Shown piece by piece: positions 27,382-35,262 of a DNA stretch of 64,000 bases. The notes below the pieces were generated by a model. That model was not told the origin of the DNA and searched no databases. It worked only from the letters and a program-made list of their open reading frames with translations. The translations under genes and the position numbers were made by a program. Location: positions 1-64,000 of IMG/VR virus record IMGVR_UViG_3300037467_002824; one strand, 5' to 3'. Each line of letters begins with the position of its first letter. The stretch's first letter is position 1. This DNA comes from a virus.

Positions 27382-27891
27382 ATGCGTTTCATCCGTAATT
27401 TTGTGGCGACGGTTCTACTGTTCGCCGTTCTTCTCAGCACTCCGAGCGCCTTCGCCGACGCCGCCGCTGCACCCACGGCGTGGTGGGCGCCGATTGCCGA
27501 TCGACTCATCGAAATGCTCGGCGTAGTTCTCGCCACTCTTCTCGGCGCCCTTCTTCTGAAGGGTCTGAAGAAGCTGGGTGTAAGCACCACCGCCGAGACT
27601 CAGGCTATGTACGATCAGGCTGTTTTCACAGCCATCGGTGCTGCCGAGGAGTGGGCTCACAAACAAGTGGCCCAGCACGGAAAGACCGCACCCAACGGTG
27701 ACGAGAAGCTCCAGCAAGCGGTGTCCGCAGCTCTCAAGCTGATCGATCAATACGGCTTGGAAAAGAAGGGGGAAGACTGGGTCAAGGACCGCATTCATGC
27801 AGTTCTGGGCATGAACCGCAGCCCGGTGCTCAAGTCCATCGCAGTTGGTACGCTTTCGAGCGTGACCCCGCCACCTCCCCCGCCCGCTTGA
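27382..27891 (+). CDS. Holin-like membrane protein (LL-H-type resemblance)
   Basis: 169 aa. Signal/TM segment FVATVLLFAVLLSTPSAFA, second TM LGVVLATLLGALLL, then AVFTAIGAAEEWAHKQ..GDEKLQQAVSAALKLI, which resembles the LL-H holin family. Confidence 0.4.
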   Translation: MRFIRNFVATVLLFAVLLSTPSAFADAAAAPTAWWAPIADRLIEMLGVVLATLLGALLLKGLKKLGVSTTAETQAMYDQAVFTAIGAAEEWAHKQVAQHGKTAPNGDEKLQQAVSAALKLIDQYGLEKKGEDWVKDRIHAVLGMNRSPVLKSIAVGTLSSVTPPPPPPA

Positions 27892-27922
27892 CGAATTCTT
27901 CGGGGTTTGAGACGCTCGTCTC

Positions 27923-28504
27923 ATGCCCCGAATGGACCTCGTTTTCTTCGACACCGAAACCACCGGTCTCCTTCCGGACAATCCCAAAGATCCTGTTCCG
28001 GGAATCATCGAGATCGCCTGTATCCGTACCACCCCGGACGCGAGCAGAATCATCGACGAATTCGAAACGAAGATCGTTCTCGAACGGGACCGTTATCCCG
28101 TCTCCGAGGACGCTTTGCGCATCAACGGCTACTCCGACGAGAAGTGGGCCGGCGCCATGAAACTCGAAGACGCCATGTTCCAGGTCGTGCAGCGCATGCC
28201 GTTCGGCGTGCAGCTCGCTGGCCACAACACCAGTTTCGACATCGGCATGCTGAAGGCCAGCATCCGTCGGGCCGGAATGGCCGTTCCGAAGTTCTACTAC
28301 CACTACGTGGACACGATGTCCCTCGGCCAGCCGCTCGTGGCCAAGGGCCATGTGGACAACGTGAAACTCGTTACCCTCTCGAAGTTCTTCGGCGTTCCCC
28401 ACGAAGCAGCCCACACCGCCATGGGCGACGTCAAGGCGACGCTCGGCGTGTATCGTGCGATCCTGAACTACTTCCCGCCCGGCCCCGAACCGACCGCCAC
28501 CTGA
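27923..28504 (+). CDS. DEDDh 3'-5' exonuclease (DnaQ-like)
   Basis: 193 aa. Exo I VFFDTETTGL, Exo II LAGHNTSFDIGML, Exo III HTAMGDVKAT. Confidence 0.85.
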   Translation: MPRMDLVFFDTETTGLLPDNPKDPVPGIIEIACIRTTPDASRIIDEFETKIVLERDRYPVSEDALRINGYSDEKWAGAMKLEDAMFQVVQRMPFGVQLAGHNTSFDIGMLKASIRRAGMAVPKFYYHYVDTMSLGQPLVAKGHVDNVKLVTLSKFFGVPHEAAHTAMGDVKATLGVYRAILNYFPPGPEPTAT

Positions 28505-28517
28505 TTACCCTTCCAGG

Positions 28518-28766
28518 GTGACCTCTCTCTTCGATCGACTCGTTGAAGCCTCCGGTCTTTCCCGAGTCATCGCTACGGGCGTACTCGAACGTGCCCTTCA
28601 TCGTGAAGGCATCGATCTCACCAAGCCCCTCTACCGATCCCACGTTTTCGCAGCTCGACACGCCATCCGTGACGCGTTGGCAGTCTACTTGACCGTGAAC
28701 GAACTCCACGAAGCCATGGCCCGCGTCGAAGGCCTCTGCCGGACTTCCTCAATCAGTTACACCTGA
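28518..28766 (+). CDS. Hypothetical small protein
   Basis: 82 aa. GTG start. No motif. Confidence 0.4.
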   Translation: MTSLFDRLVEASGLSRVIATGVLERALHREGIDLTKPLYRSHVFAARHAIRDALAVYLTVNELHEAMARVEGLCRTSSISYT

Positions 28767-28774
28767 GCAGCCGC

Positions 28775-28789
28775 GGCCGGCTATCATTG
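28775..28789 (+). promoter_or_regulatory. Conserved 15-mer GGCCGGCTATCATTG with a -10-like box
   Basis: TATCAT (28782-28787) lies 7 nt upstream of ATG 28795. The identical 15-mer occurs on the minus strand at 43681-43695, also 7 nt from an ATG. Confidence 0.35.
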
Positions 28790-28794
28790 AGGCG

Positions 28795-29670
28795 ATGAAC
28801 CCGGCACAGTCCGCATACAGCCTCGGGTTGGCGGTCGCTCTCGAAGAGGCGGGTTTGCTCAAGCACGCCCTCGCGATCAACCCGCGTCTGATGGGCGCCG
28901 GCATCGGTGCAGCTGCCGGCGCAGGCGTGGGCGCCGCAGCGGACTCTGGCAATCGTTGGCGCGGCGCGTTCCTCGGCGGTGTGGGTGGCGGCGCCCTGGG
29001 CTACGGGGCCGGTCACATGATGAGCCGTCCGGGCGCTGCGCCGCACGTTCCAACGCCGGCCGCTGCTCCACACCCCGGTCCGGTGGCCAATGCGATGACC
29101 GGTGCCCCGACCCTGGCCGCACACGCTGCCCCCGCTCCGCGAGCGTCACATCCGCCCTTGCCCTCGGCGCCTCCGGCCAATGCCTTCTCGACAATCACCC
29201 GCATGACCCCGCAGCAGCTCGCTGTCGAGCGAGCGCAAGGCATGGTCGGCCATGGCGGAGGCATTCCCACGAATGTCCACGAAGAACTCTCCCGCGCGCT
29301 GAACCCGCAGAAGGTTCAGCAGATGCACGCAGGGATCGGCCAGATGCTCAACGACGAGAAGGTGCTGAGCCAGAAGTGGCACACGCCAGGGTCGTTCCAT
29401 CTTCAGAGTCACCCGGATCTGCACGGCGCGATCATGCAGCATGTCGTAAGCCCCGAAGGCGTCTACAGCGGCAAGGCTCACGGTGCGCTCGCCTCGATGA
29501 TGGAAGCCGCGAAGGGCGAAGGCATCAACCTCACCCCGCATCACATCGACGCAATGGCACAGCACCCGATGTACCGGGAGCTGGCGGGCCTCGGCGGCGC
29601 CGCGCCGGTAGTTACCCCTTCGATCCGCGACATGGCCACCCCCGTTGCACGCCGGCGAATCGCAGCATGA
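28795..29670 (+). CDS. AY..G-leader glycine-zipper protein
   Basis: 291 aa. Leader MNPAQSAYSLGLAVALEEAG, zipper MGAGIGAAAGAGVGAAADSG..FLGGVGGGALGYGAG, a Pro/Ala-rich linker and a C-terminal globular domain. Confidence 0.55.
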   Translation: MNPAQSAYSLGLAVALEEAGLLKHALAINPRLMGAGIGAAAGAGVGAAADSGNRWRGAFLGGVGGGALGYGAGHMMSRPGAAPHVPTPAAAPHPGPVANAMTGAPTLAAHAAPAPRASHPPLPSAPPANAFSTITRMTPQQLAVERAQGMVGHGGGIPTNVHEELSRALNPQKVQQMHAGIGQMLNDEKVLSQKWHTPGSFHLQSHPDLHGAIMQHVVSPEGVYSGKAHGALASMMEAAKGEGINLTPHHIDAMAQHPMYRELAGLGGAAPVVTPSIRDMATPVARRRIAA

Positions 29671-30122
29671 GTTACGAAGACAACCTCCGGCTGGCTTACG
29701 GCTACGGCGTGAAGCTCGCACTCGCCGAGAAGAAGTTCGGCCCCTTCACGTTCAAAATCGATCGCCCCAAGGGCTACGTGAAGACGTGGAAGCGCCCGGA
29801 TGGCAGCGAGAAGAAGTACACGTACCCTGTGGACTACGGGTACCTGATCCGCCACACCGGCGAAGACGGGGAAGGCCTCGACTTCTTCGTTGGCGACGAC
29901 CCCTCGGCGCCCGTCGAGAGCTTCATGAAGCTCAAGCCCGGCCCCGGTGGCAAGCTGATCGAGGACGAGACGAAGTTCATGATCGGTCTGACCGAAAGTG
30001 AACGGAAGAAGGTCCTCGCTCTGTACGACAGCGGTGAGTTGAAAAACCACCGTGTCTACAAGACCGTCTACGATCTCGTCGACCGACTCAAAGACTTCAA
30101 GAACAAGAAGAGGACCACGTGA
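29667..30122 (+). CDS. AY..G-leader protein with inorganic-pyrophosphatase-like core
   Basis: 151 aa from ATG 29667 (ATGA overlap). Leader MSYEDNLRLAYGYGVKLALAEKKFG. YPVDYGYLIRHTGEDGEGLDFFVG parallels the family I PPase block YP.NYG(Y/F)I..T...DGDP.D.LV. Confidence 0.5.
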   Translation: MSYEDNLRLAYGYGVKLALAEKKFGPFTFKIDRPKGYVKTWKRPDGSEKKYTYPVDYGYLIRHTGEDGEGLDFFVGDDPSAPVESFMKLKPGPGGKLIEDETKFMIGLTESERKKVLALYDSGELKNHRVYKTVYDLVDRLKDFKNKKRTT

Positions 30123-30397
30123 ACTACCTGCAGCTCGCCTATGCCCAGGGCGTCAAGATCGCCGCCGACGAACTCGGACTCTCGTTCGAGGACATCATGA
30201 AGATGGCCGCATCGCCGCCCCCGATCCCCTCGGTCGTGGCCGCCACCTCGCGCCTCAAGGCCCTCGCCCAGGGCGCTGCGAAGCCGATGGCACAGGCTGC
30301 CACGCAGGTCGGCAAGCAGGTCCCGGTGGGCGCCGGCCGCTCCTTCCAGAGCGCCTTCACGCCCGACGTCCTCGCGCGTCTCGGCGGCGGAGTCTGA
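30119..30397 (+). CDS. AY..G-leader small protein
   Basis: 92 aa. GTGA overlap with the upstream stop. N-terminus (M)NYLQLAYAQGVKIAADELG. Ala/Pro-rich. Confidence 0.5.
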   Translation: MNYLQLAYAQGVKIAADELGLSFEDIMKMAASPPPIPSVVAATSRLKALAQGAAKPMAQAATQVGKQVPVGAGRSFQSAFTPDVLARLGGGV

Positions 30398-30413
30398 TAC
30401 AGTCCCCAGGGTG

Positions 30414-31868
30414 TCAACCGCCCTGGGGAAACAAGCTCTGGAACTGTCCGATCAGGCCCTGCTTCTGAGTCGCGAGCATGGCCAGGTACTCGTCCACGGC
30501 CTTGTCCTGCTGCCGCAGCCCGACGCGATGAAGGATGCCGGTCTGCTCCGGGTAAGTCGTGAGGTAACGACGGATCTGTACCTGACGCTCCTCGGGGCTC
30601 AGCATCTCGTGCGACTTGTACCGAACCCCGCGCCCGATGATCTGGTGGAGCTTCTCCTCGTTCCAGTGTGGGTCGAGCAGCTGCAAGAGCCGGGTCCCCT
30701 TGAGATCGAGGCCTTCCCCTCCGGCCGACGAGAGCAGGAGGGCTCGGATCTTCCCTTCGTTGTACGACCGCACGAGGTCTGCCTTCGTGCGCTCATCTTC
30801 CTGCCCCGTGAAGAGACCGTACGGAATGCCGCGCGCCTTAAGCAATTCAGCATACGGGTGGAGGCCCGCGTCGAGATAGTTCGAGTACGCAACGGCCTTC
30901 GCGCGCTCGTTTGCGGCTAGCGCTTCAGCCATGTCCTGGGCAGCGCGTTCGAGCTTCGGTTGATGAACTGGTCCGCCCGGCGCCATCGTCGCGGTCGTAT
31001 TCGCCACCTGTCGAGCAGCGTTCAAGAAGGCGTTCAACTGTCGTGCCTCCATGACGTTCGGAGGAAGACCCATGCGAACCTTCAATCGCAGCCAAAGCGG
31101 AGCCTTGTTCATGACGACGTCGTAGACCTCACGTTGCCGCGGGGTCATCGGAACCTTGATCGTCTCCTCGGCCTTCATCGGAAAGTTGGGGTCGTTCGGA
31201 TCGTTCGGGTGGTAGTCGACCCACTTCTGAAAGATCTCGCGCAGCTCCTGCTGCTTAGCCGGGTTAAGCCGGCTCACTTCACCCGGCTCGATGCCGAGAA
31301 CACGTCCCAAGAGGTTCGGGCGAACCTGCTCGTGCGTGATGTACCGGCTCTCGAACTGCTGCGGCGACTCCGGAAGCACTTGGCGTCCGGCGGCGATATT
31401 GATCGGCGACGCGATATCCGACGGGTGGTTGTAGAACGGGGTCGCCGTCATGAGGATGCGCTTCTGCGCTTGGGCCGCTCGCACGGCCTGCGCCGACGCG
31501 CTCTCTGCATCTCGGAGGCGGTGAGCCTCATCGACGATCAGCGTTCCGGTCTGGATTGGCTTACGAGAACGGGCCAATCCTTGAAGCGATTGTACGTCGA
31601 TATTCGGTCCCGTATTGGGCACCGTATGCTTGACGATTTCTTTCTGAAAGTTGGGACGAAGTGACGCCGGAACAACGGCAGTAGCCGGTTGCTTCAGCGC
31701 GTCGGCCGCCGCGATGCCCGTGCGGGTCTTACCACTTCCCAGGCCATGGACCACAACGAGCCCCGGCTGGTCCGGCTGCTGGATGCGTTCGACAACGCGG
31801 TCTTGGTGAGGCTGCCCTGGCGTCGCCAGTTCCGCAGCCTTCACAAAGTCTTCGATGCGAACACTCAT
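30414..31868 (-). CDS. SNF2/DEAD-like superfamily 2 helicase
   Basis: 484 aa. Walker A GLGSGKTRTG, DEAH box LIVDEAHRLR, C-terminal helicase motifs LLSSAGGEGLDLKG and QIIGRGVRY. Confidence 0.85.
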   Translation of the reverse strand: MSVRIEDFVKAAELATPGQPHQDRVVERIQQPDQPGLVVVHGLGSGKTRTGIAAADALKQPATAVVPASLRPNFQKEIVKHTVPNTGPNIDVQSLQGLARSRKPIQTGTLIVDEAHRLRDAESASAQAVRAAQAQKRILMTATPFYNHPSDIASPINIAAGRQVLPESPQQFESRYITHEQVRPNLLGRVLGIEPGEVSRLNPAKQQELREIFQKWVDYHPNDPNDPNFPMKAEETIKVPMTPRQREVYDVVMNKAPLWLRLKVRMGLPPNVMEARQLNAFLNAARQVANTTATMAPGGPVHQPKLERAAQDMAEALAANERAKAVAYSNYLDAGLHPYAELLKARGIPYGLFTGQEDERTKADLVRSYNEGKIRALLLSSAGGEGLDLKGTRLLQLLDPHWNEEKLHQIIGRGVRYKSHEMLSPEERQVQIRRYLTTYPEQTGILHRVGLRQQDKAVDEYLAMLATQKQGLIGQFQSLFPQGG

Positions 31869-31879
31869 GCTCCTATACT
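31851..31879 (+). promoter_or_regulatory. Promoter-like element in a divergent region
   Basis: TTCGAT-N17-TATACT on the plus strand, 64 nt upstream of 31943. On the minus strand the same box reads TAGTAT, 6 nt upstream of the helicase ATG. Confidence 0.35.
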
Positions 31880-31942
31880 AGCAACGCTACCAGTGCATCT
31901 CGTCGTTTCAAAGAAAAACGCCGATCTCTCGCGGAGAACCTC

Positions 31943-32698
31943 ATGATTCTGTTCGATACGGGTTCGACCATCTGCCTTCAGCAAACGGTGAGCGGGACCG
32001 GTGTCTACGACGGCACTCAGGTCGGCTACGCACGCTTGACCTACTCCAACGGAGGAGTGGTCTTCACCGTCCGTGCAACTCAGGTTGGGACCGCCGGCAA
32101 CGCGCTCAAGCTCGCACTCGTGGCACCGACGGACTCGACACAGACCGTCGCCGGATTCGATGGAACGACCGTGACGGTTTTCCTGAAGCGAACCGCCGGA
32201 GTCATCTCCGCCACCGCTGCGGAAGTCGTAGCCGCGGTCAATGCGCTCTTCTCGTCGAAGCCTTCATCCGATCTCAAAATGACCGCCGCGGTCGGAACCG
32301 CGGGTACGATCCCTGCGGTTCTCGCTGCAACGAGTCTCGCCGGCGGGATCGATCCCACCGTCGTGAACCCGGCCCTGCTGAAGTTCGCTCAGGCCACGAA
32401 CTCGAACGGCGGCATGTTCTACTTCGAACAGACCAGGGCATGGGTCATCAGCTCGGTAACCGCGCGCTTCTCAGCGGCCGGATTGCCGATCAAAATCGCC
32501 ATCGTAAACATCGACAACGCGCTTAACCCGGTTACGAACGAAGAAGTCGCCGTTTGGGAACCGACGACGACCGACAATTACGCGGCGTTGGAAGACATGA
32601 AGACGCCGGTGATGCCAGGTCAGGCGTTGACCATCACTGCTACCGCTCAAGGCATGGTGCGCGTAACTGCGCGGGCCGAATCACCCACCGCGTTCTGA
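31943..32698 (+). CDS. Structural protein, paralogue of 21629..22414
   Basis: 251 aa. ..VISATAAEVVAAVNALF..SLAGGIDPTVVNPALLKF..GGMFYFEQT is collinear with the minus-strand ORF 21629..22414. Confidence 0.55.
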   Translation: MILFDTGSTICLQQTVSGTGVYDGTQVGYARLTYSNGGVVFTVRATQVGTAGNALKLALVAPTDSTQTVAGFDGTTVTVFLKRTAGVISATAAEVVAAVNALFSSKPSSDLKMTAAVGTAGTIPAVLAATSLAGGIDPTVVNPALLKFAQATNSNGGMFYFEQTRAWVISSVTARFSAAGLPIKIAIVNIDNALNPVTNEEVAVWEPTTTDNYAALEDMKTPVMPGQALTITATAQGMVRVTARAESPTAF

Positions 32699-32706
32699 GG
32701 GACGCC

Positions 32707-34164
32707 ATGCCTTACAGCAACCCCTCCAGAAGCCGCAATGACGGTACACCCTACGTAAACCCGTCGAACGCCTGGACTCCCTCCAAGCTTTCGAACGTGA
32801 GTGACGTGTGGTTCTGGGGGCAGCCGTCCGTCTTTGGCGCGGATTGCCCGATCGAACCCACAAGCCCAAATGGGTTCGTGAACAAAATCAACAACTGGGG
32901 CGACCGTCGACTGAACGGTCACTCGGTCAAGCGCTTCGACGGCAACCAGGCCGGCATGCCGCAGTGGCTCGGCCGCTTCGGCCCCGTGCGTCGTCCCGCA
33001 CTGTATTTCAGCGGCTCAACGCTGCTCATCTCGTGCGTGAACAACGCCGGCGTGAGCACGCCCGTACAGACCACAGGCGGGTGGACGCTCGCAGCACGTA
33101 TCTGCCCCGGTGCGTCGAGCGGCGGATACTTCTTTGGCTTCGGTGGCGTAACTGCTGGTGTGGGCGCAATCGCTGGTACAGGCGTCGTCGTGAAGAACAC
33201 GGCAGGCCAAACGTTCACCAACACGGCAACAGTATCAAACGCGTACAACGAAACGGTCATCGTCGTGACGGTGCGCGGGACCGTCGTTCGTGTCTCGGTA
33301 AAGGACCTCGTCACCGGCGTAACGACGATTCAATCGGGTACGCTCGCTGCCGGGGCTGACTTCAACTCCGCTCTCTTCGTAGGTACGAACGGTAATGCGA
33401 CTGTGACTTTCGAAGGCAGCGTTAACGAGCTGCTGTTCGCGCGAACACCGTGCAGTGACACGGATCACGATAGTCTCTTCACATATTTGCAGAGCCCGTA
33501 TGCCACAGCGCTTGTGACGGTCGGCGGCACGATCATGTGGGGCTTTGGCGATTCTCGTATGGTGGGAATGGACGCAGGTGTTGGACTTGTCGAGATGATC
33601 GCGACCGGGATGACAACGCCTGGTCTCATTGCGCACAACGCGGGTCTTAGCGGACAAACCACCGGCGACATGGTCACCAACTTCAACTCGCGCGAAGGCA
33701 ACTTGATGATCGACACGGGTGCCTGCGGAATGCGTCAGATCGTTGTCGTCGAATGCGCGGTCAACACATGCGCCGTGCACCCTGGTAACGCAACGGCTGC
33801 GTTTGTTGACGTACAAAACTACGTTGCTTTGCTAAAAGCACGCGATGCTAGCGCACCAATGGTCTTCGGTAACGGTGGAGATCGCAGCGGAACCGGGATC
33901 TACGCTGAGAACCCGCTTTACCACACCGACTTCCCAACCTTCGCGCAAGCATATCTCGACAACGCAGCCCTGCTCGGGATCTTGATCGCCAATACCGCTC
34001 AAGACCCTCTTCTTGGCGCGCTCAATTGGCAACACAACCGAACGTATTGTGCCCTGGATGACTTCGGCGGCGGCAACACGGCGGAAGTCCACTTCTCACC
34101 GACAGGCGGCGCTGGCTGCGCGACGAAATACCGCAACGCGCTTCTGGGAGCGGGTGTTCACTAA
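32707..34164 (+). CDS. Tail-associated protein with C-terminal SGNH/GDSL hydrolase domain
   Basis: 485 aa from ATG 32707. SGNH blocks WGFGDSRMVG, NAGLSGQTTGDM, ECAVNT and EVHFSPTG. The beta-rich N-terminal ~250 aa may be LamG/concanavalin-like (a guess). Confidence 0.5.
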   Translation: MPYSNPSRSRNDGTPYVNPSNAWTPSKLSNVSDVWFWGQPSVFGADCPIEPTSPNGFVNKINNWGDRRLNGHSVKRFDGNQAGMPQWLGRFGPVRRPALYFSGSTLLISCVNNAGVSTPVQTTGGWTLAARICPGASSGGYFFGFGGVTAGVGAIAGTGVVVKNTAGQTFTNTATVSNAYNETVIVVTVRGTVVRVSVKDLVTGVTTIQSGTLAAGADFNSALFVGTNGNATVTFEGSVNELLFARTPCSDTDHDSLFTYLQSPYATALVTVGGTIMWGFGDSRMVGMDAGVGLVEMIATGMTTPGLIAHNAGLSGQTTGDMVTNFNSREGNLMIDTGACGMRQIVVVECAVNTCAVHPGNATAAFVDVQNYVALLKARDASAPMVFGNGGDRSGTGIYAENPLYHTDFPTFAQAYLDNAALLGILIANTAQDPLLGALNWQHNRTYCALDDFGGGNTAEVHFSPTGGAGCATKYRNALLGAGVH

Positions 34165-34198
34165 CCGGTCTCGTCTCGCTTATTCTTCATCAACCCCC

Positions 34199-34213
34199 CT
34201 AACCCGGTAAAGC
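34199..34213. repeat. 15-mer CTAACCCGGTAAAGC (copy 1)
   Basis: Lies 2 nt upstream of the endolysin ATG. The identical 15-mer occurs at 40650-40664. It is a half-degenerate copy of the TAACCNGGTTA palindrome family. Confidence 0.8.
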
Positions 34214-34215
34214 AC

Positions 34216-35142
34216 ATGAGAACGAAGTTCCCCCCTTCAGGGTTCATCCTGCAGCTCTACCGCGGGGCGAGCGGCTTCAGCTTCGACAAGCTCGTTGCCA
34301 ACATCGACCGCTACAAGGCCTGTGGCGTCACTGGTATTGCCCCTCATGGCTTCGAGGGAGACCTCGACGTCAAGAAGTTCGACAAGTACGCCCAGCTCGC
34401 GAAGTCGAAGGGTATGAATTGCTATGCCGCCTTCGGTCTCGGGCCTTCCAAGGCCTACGACCGCGGCGCGTGGATCGGGAAGGTCGCGCAGCACCCGGAC
34501 TGCGCCGGCGTCCTCTTCGACCTCGAAGGTGCCTTCGAAATCGCTGTCGGGAAGAAAGCTGCGGCCGACATCGGGGAGGGCTTCATCAGCCAGTTCCCGA
34601 ACGGCGTGGTGGACGTCTGGACCTGCGATCAGCCGTGGGCGTCGCCGGGCTTTCACTGGACCCGCTTCCCCTGGGAAGAGATTGCTCGCTACGTCGACGC
34701 GCGCGCCGCCCAGTTCTACTTCAACGACTGGAAGGGCAAGTCGCGTTACGACACGCTCAACCCGCGCTTCCATCACGAGTGGGACGTCCTGAACGCTCGT
34801 CTGCGCCGCTCGCGACTGGAGCGCCCTCTGATGATGACCTTCCAGGCCTACGGCTGGAGCGACATCTTCCCGGACTTCATCGACGCCCTTCTCGCAAACC
34901 CGACGTCGTTCTTCTGGTGCGACAAGGGTCTTCCGAACGAGAACGCCCTTCTCGGCATGCGTGTCGTCACCGAACTGGCGAAGCTGGGACACACCGGTCC
35001 GACCGCGGTGAAGGACTTCCAGAAGGCCTGGAACGCCGCGCATCCCAAGGAACAGGACATCGCCGAAGACGGCCGCTGCGGCTACGGTGAGACGATCCCT
35101 GCCCTCGGGATCGAGGTCACCGACGAGATGAAGACCGGCTGA
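34216..35142 (+). CDS. Endolysin candidate: glycoside-hydrolase-like barrel plus PG-binding domain
   Basis: 308 aa. Alternating beta/alpha pattern with acidic residues at strand ends (VLFDLEGAFE, VDVWTCDQPW). The C-terminal GPTAVKDFQKAWNAAHPKEQDIAEDGRCGYGETIPALG resembles PG_binding_1. Confidence 0.5.
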   Translation: MRTKFPPSGFILQLYRGASGFSFDKLVANIDRYKACGVTGIAPHGFEGDLDVKKFDKYAQLAKSKGMNCYAAFGLGPSKAYDRGAWIGKVAQHPDCAGVLFDLEGAFEIAVGKKAAADIGEGFISQFPNGVVDVWTCDQPWASPGFHWTRFPWEEIARYVDARAAQFYFNDWKGKSRYDTLNPRFHHEWDVLNARLRRSRLERPLMMTFQAYGWSDIFPDFIDALLANPTSFFWCDKGLPNENALLGMRVVTELAKLGHTGPTAVKDFQKAWNAAHPKEQDIAEDGRCGYGETIPALGIEVTDEMKTG

Positions 35143-35233
35143 ACCCGATTGACACCGCCCCGGTCAACCGGATAGCCTCGTCTCATTCGTCGCAGACCTC
35201 CTACCGCGCGTTCAGGGTCGATGTCGATTTTTC

Positions 35234-35262
35234 TGGACGCGCGGTAGGCAGGGCGCTAGTAT
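35234..35262 (+). promoter_or_regulatory. Weak promoter-like element ahead of the tRNA island
   Basis: TGGACG-N17-TAGTAT. It overlaps the 3' arm of an 11-bp hairpin (35200-35248). Confidence 0.3.

Noticed and set aside
28956-29666. Upstream 237 codons of track ORF 28956..30122
   Set aside because: This is an Arg/Pro-rich alternative frame of gene 28795..29670. The real gene starts at ATG 29667, with an ATGA overlap and the AY..G leader.
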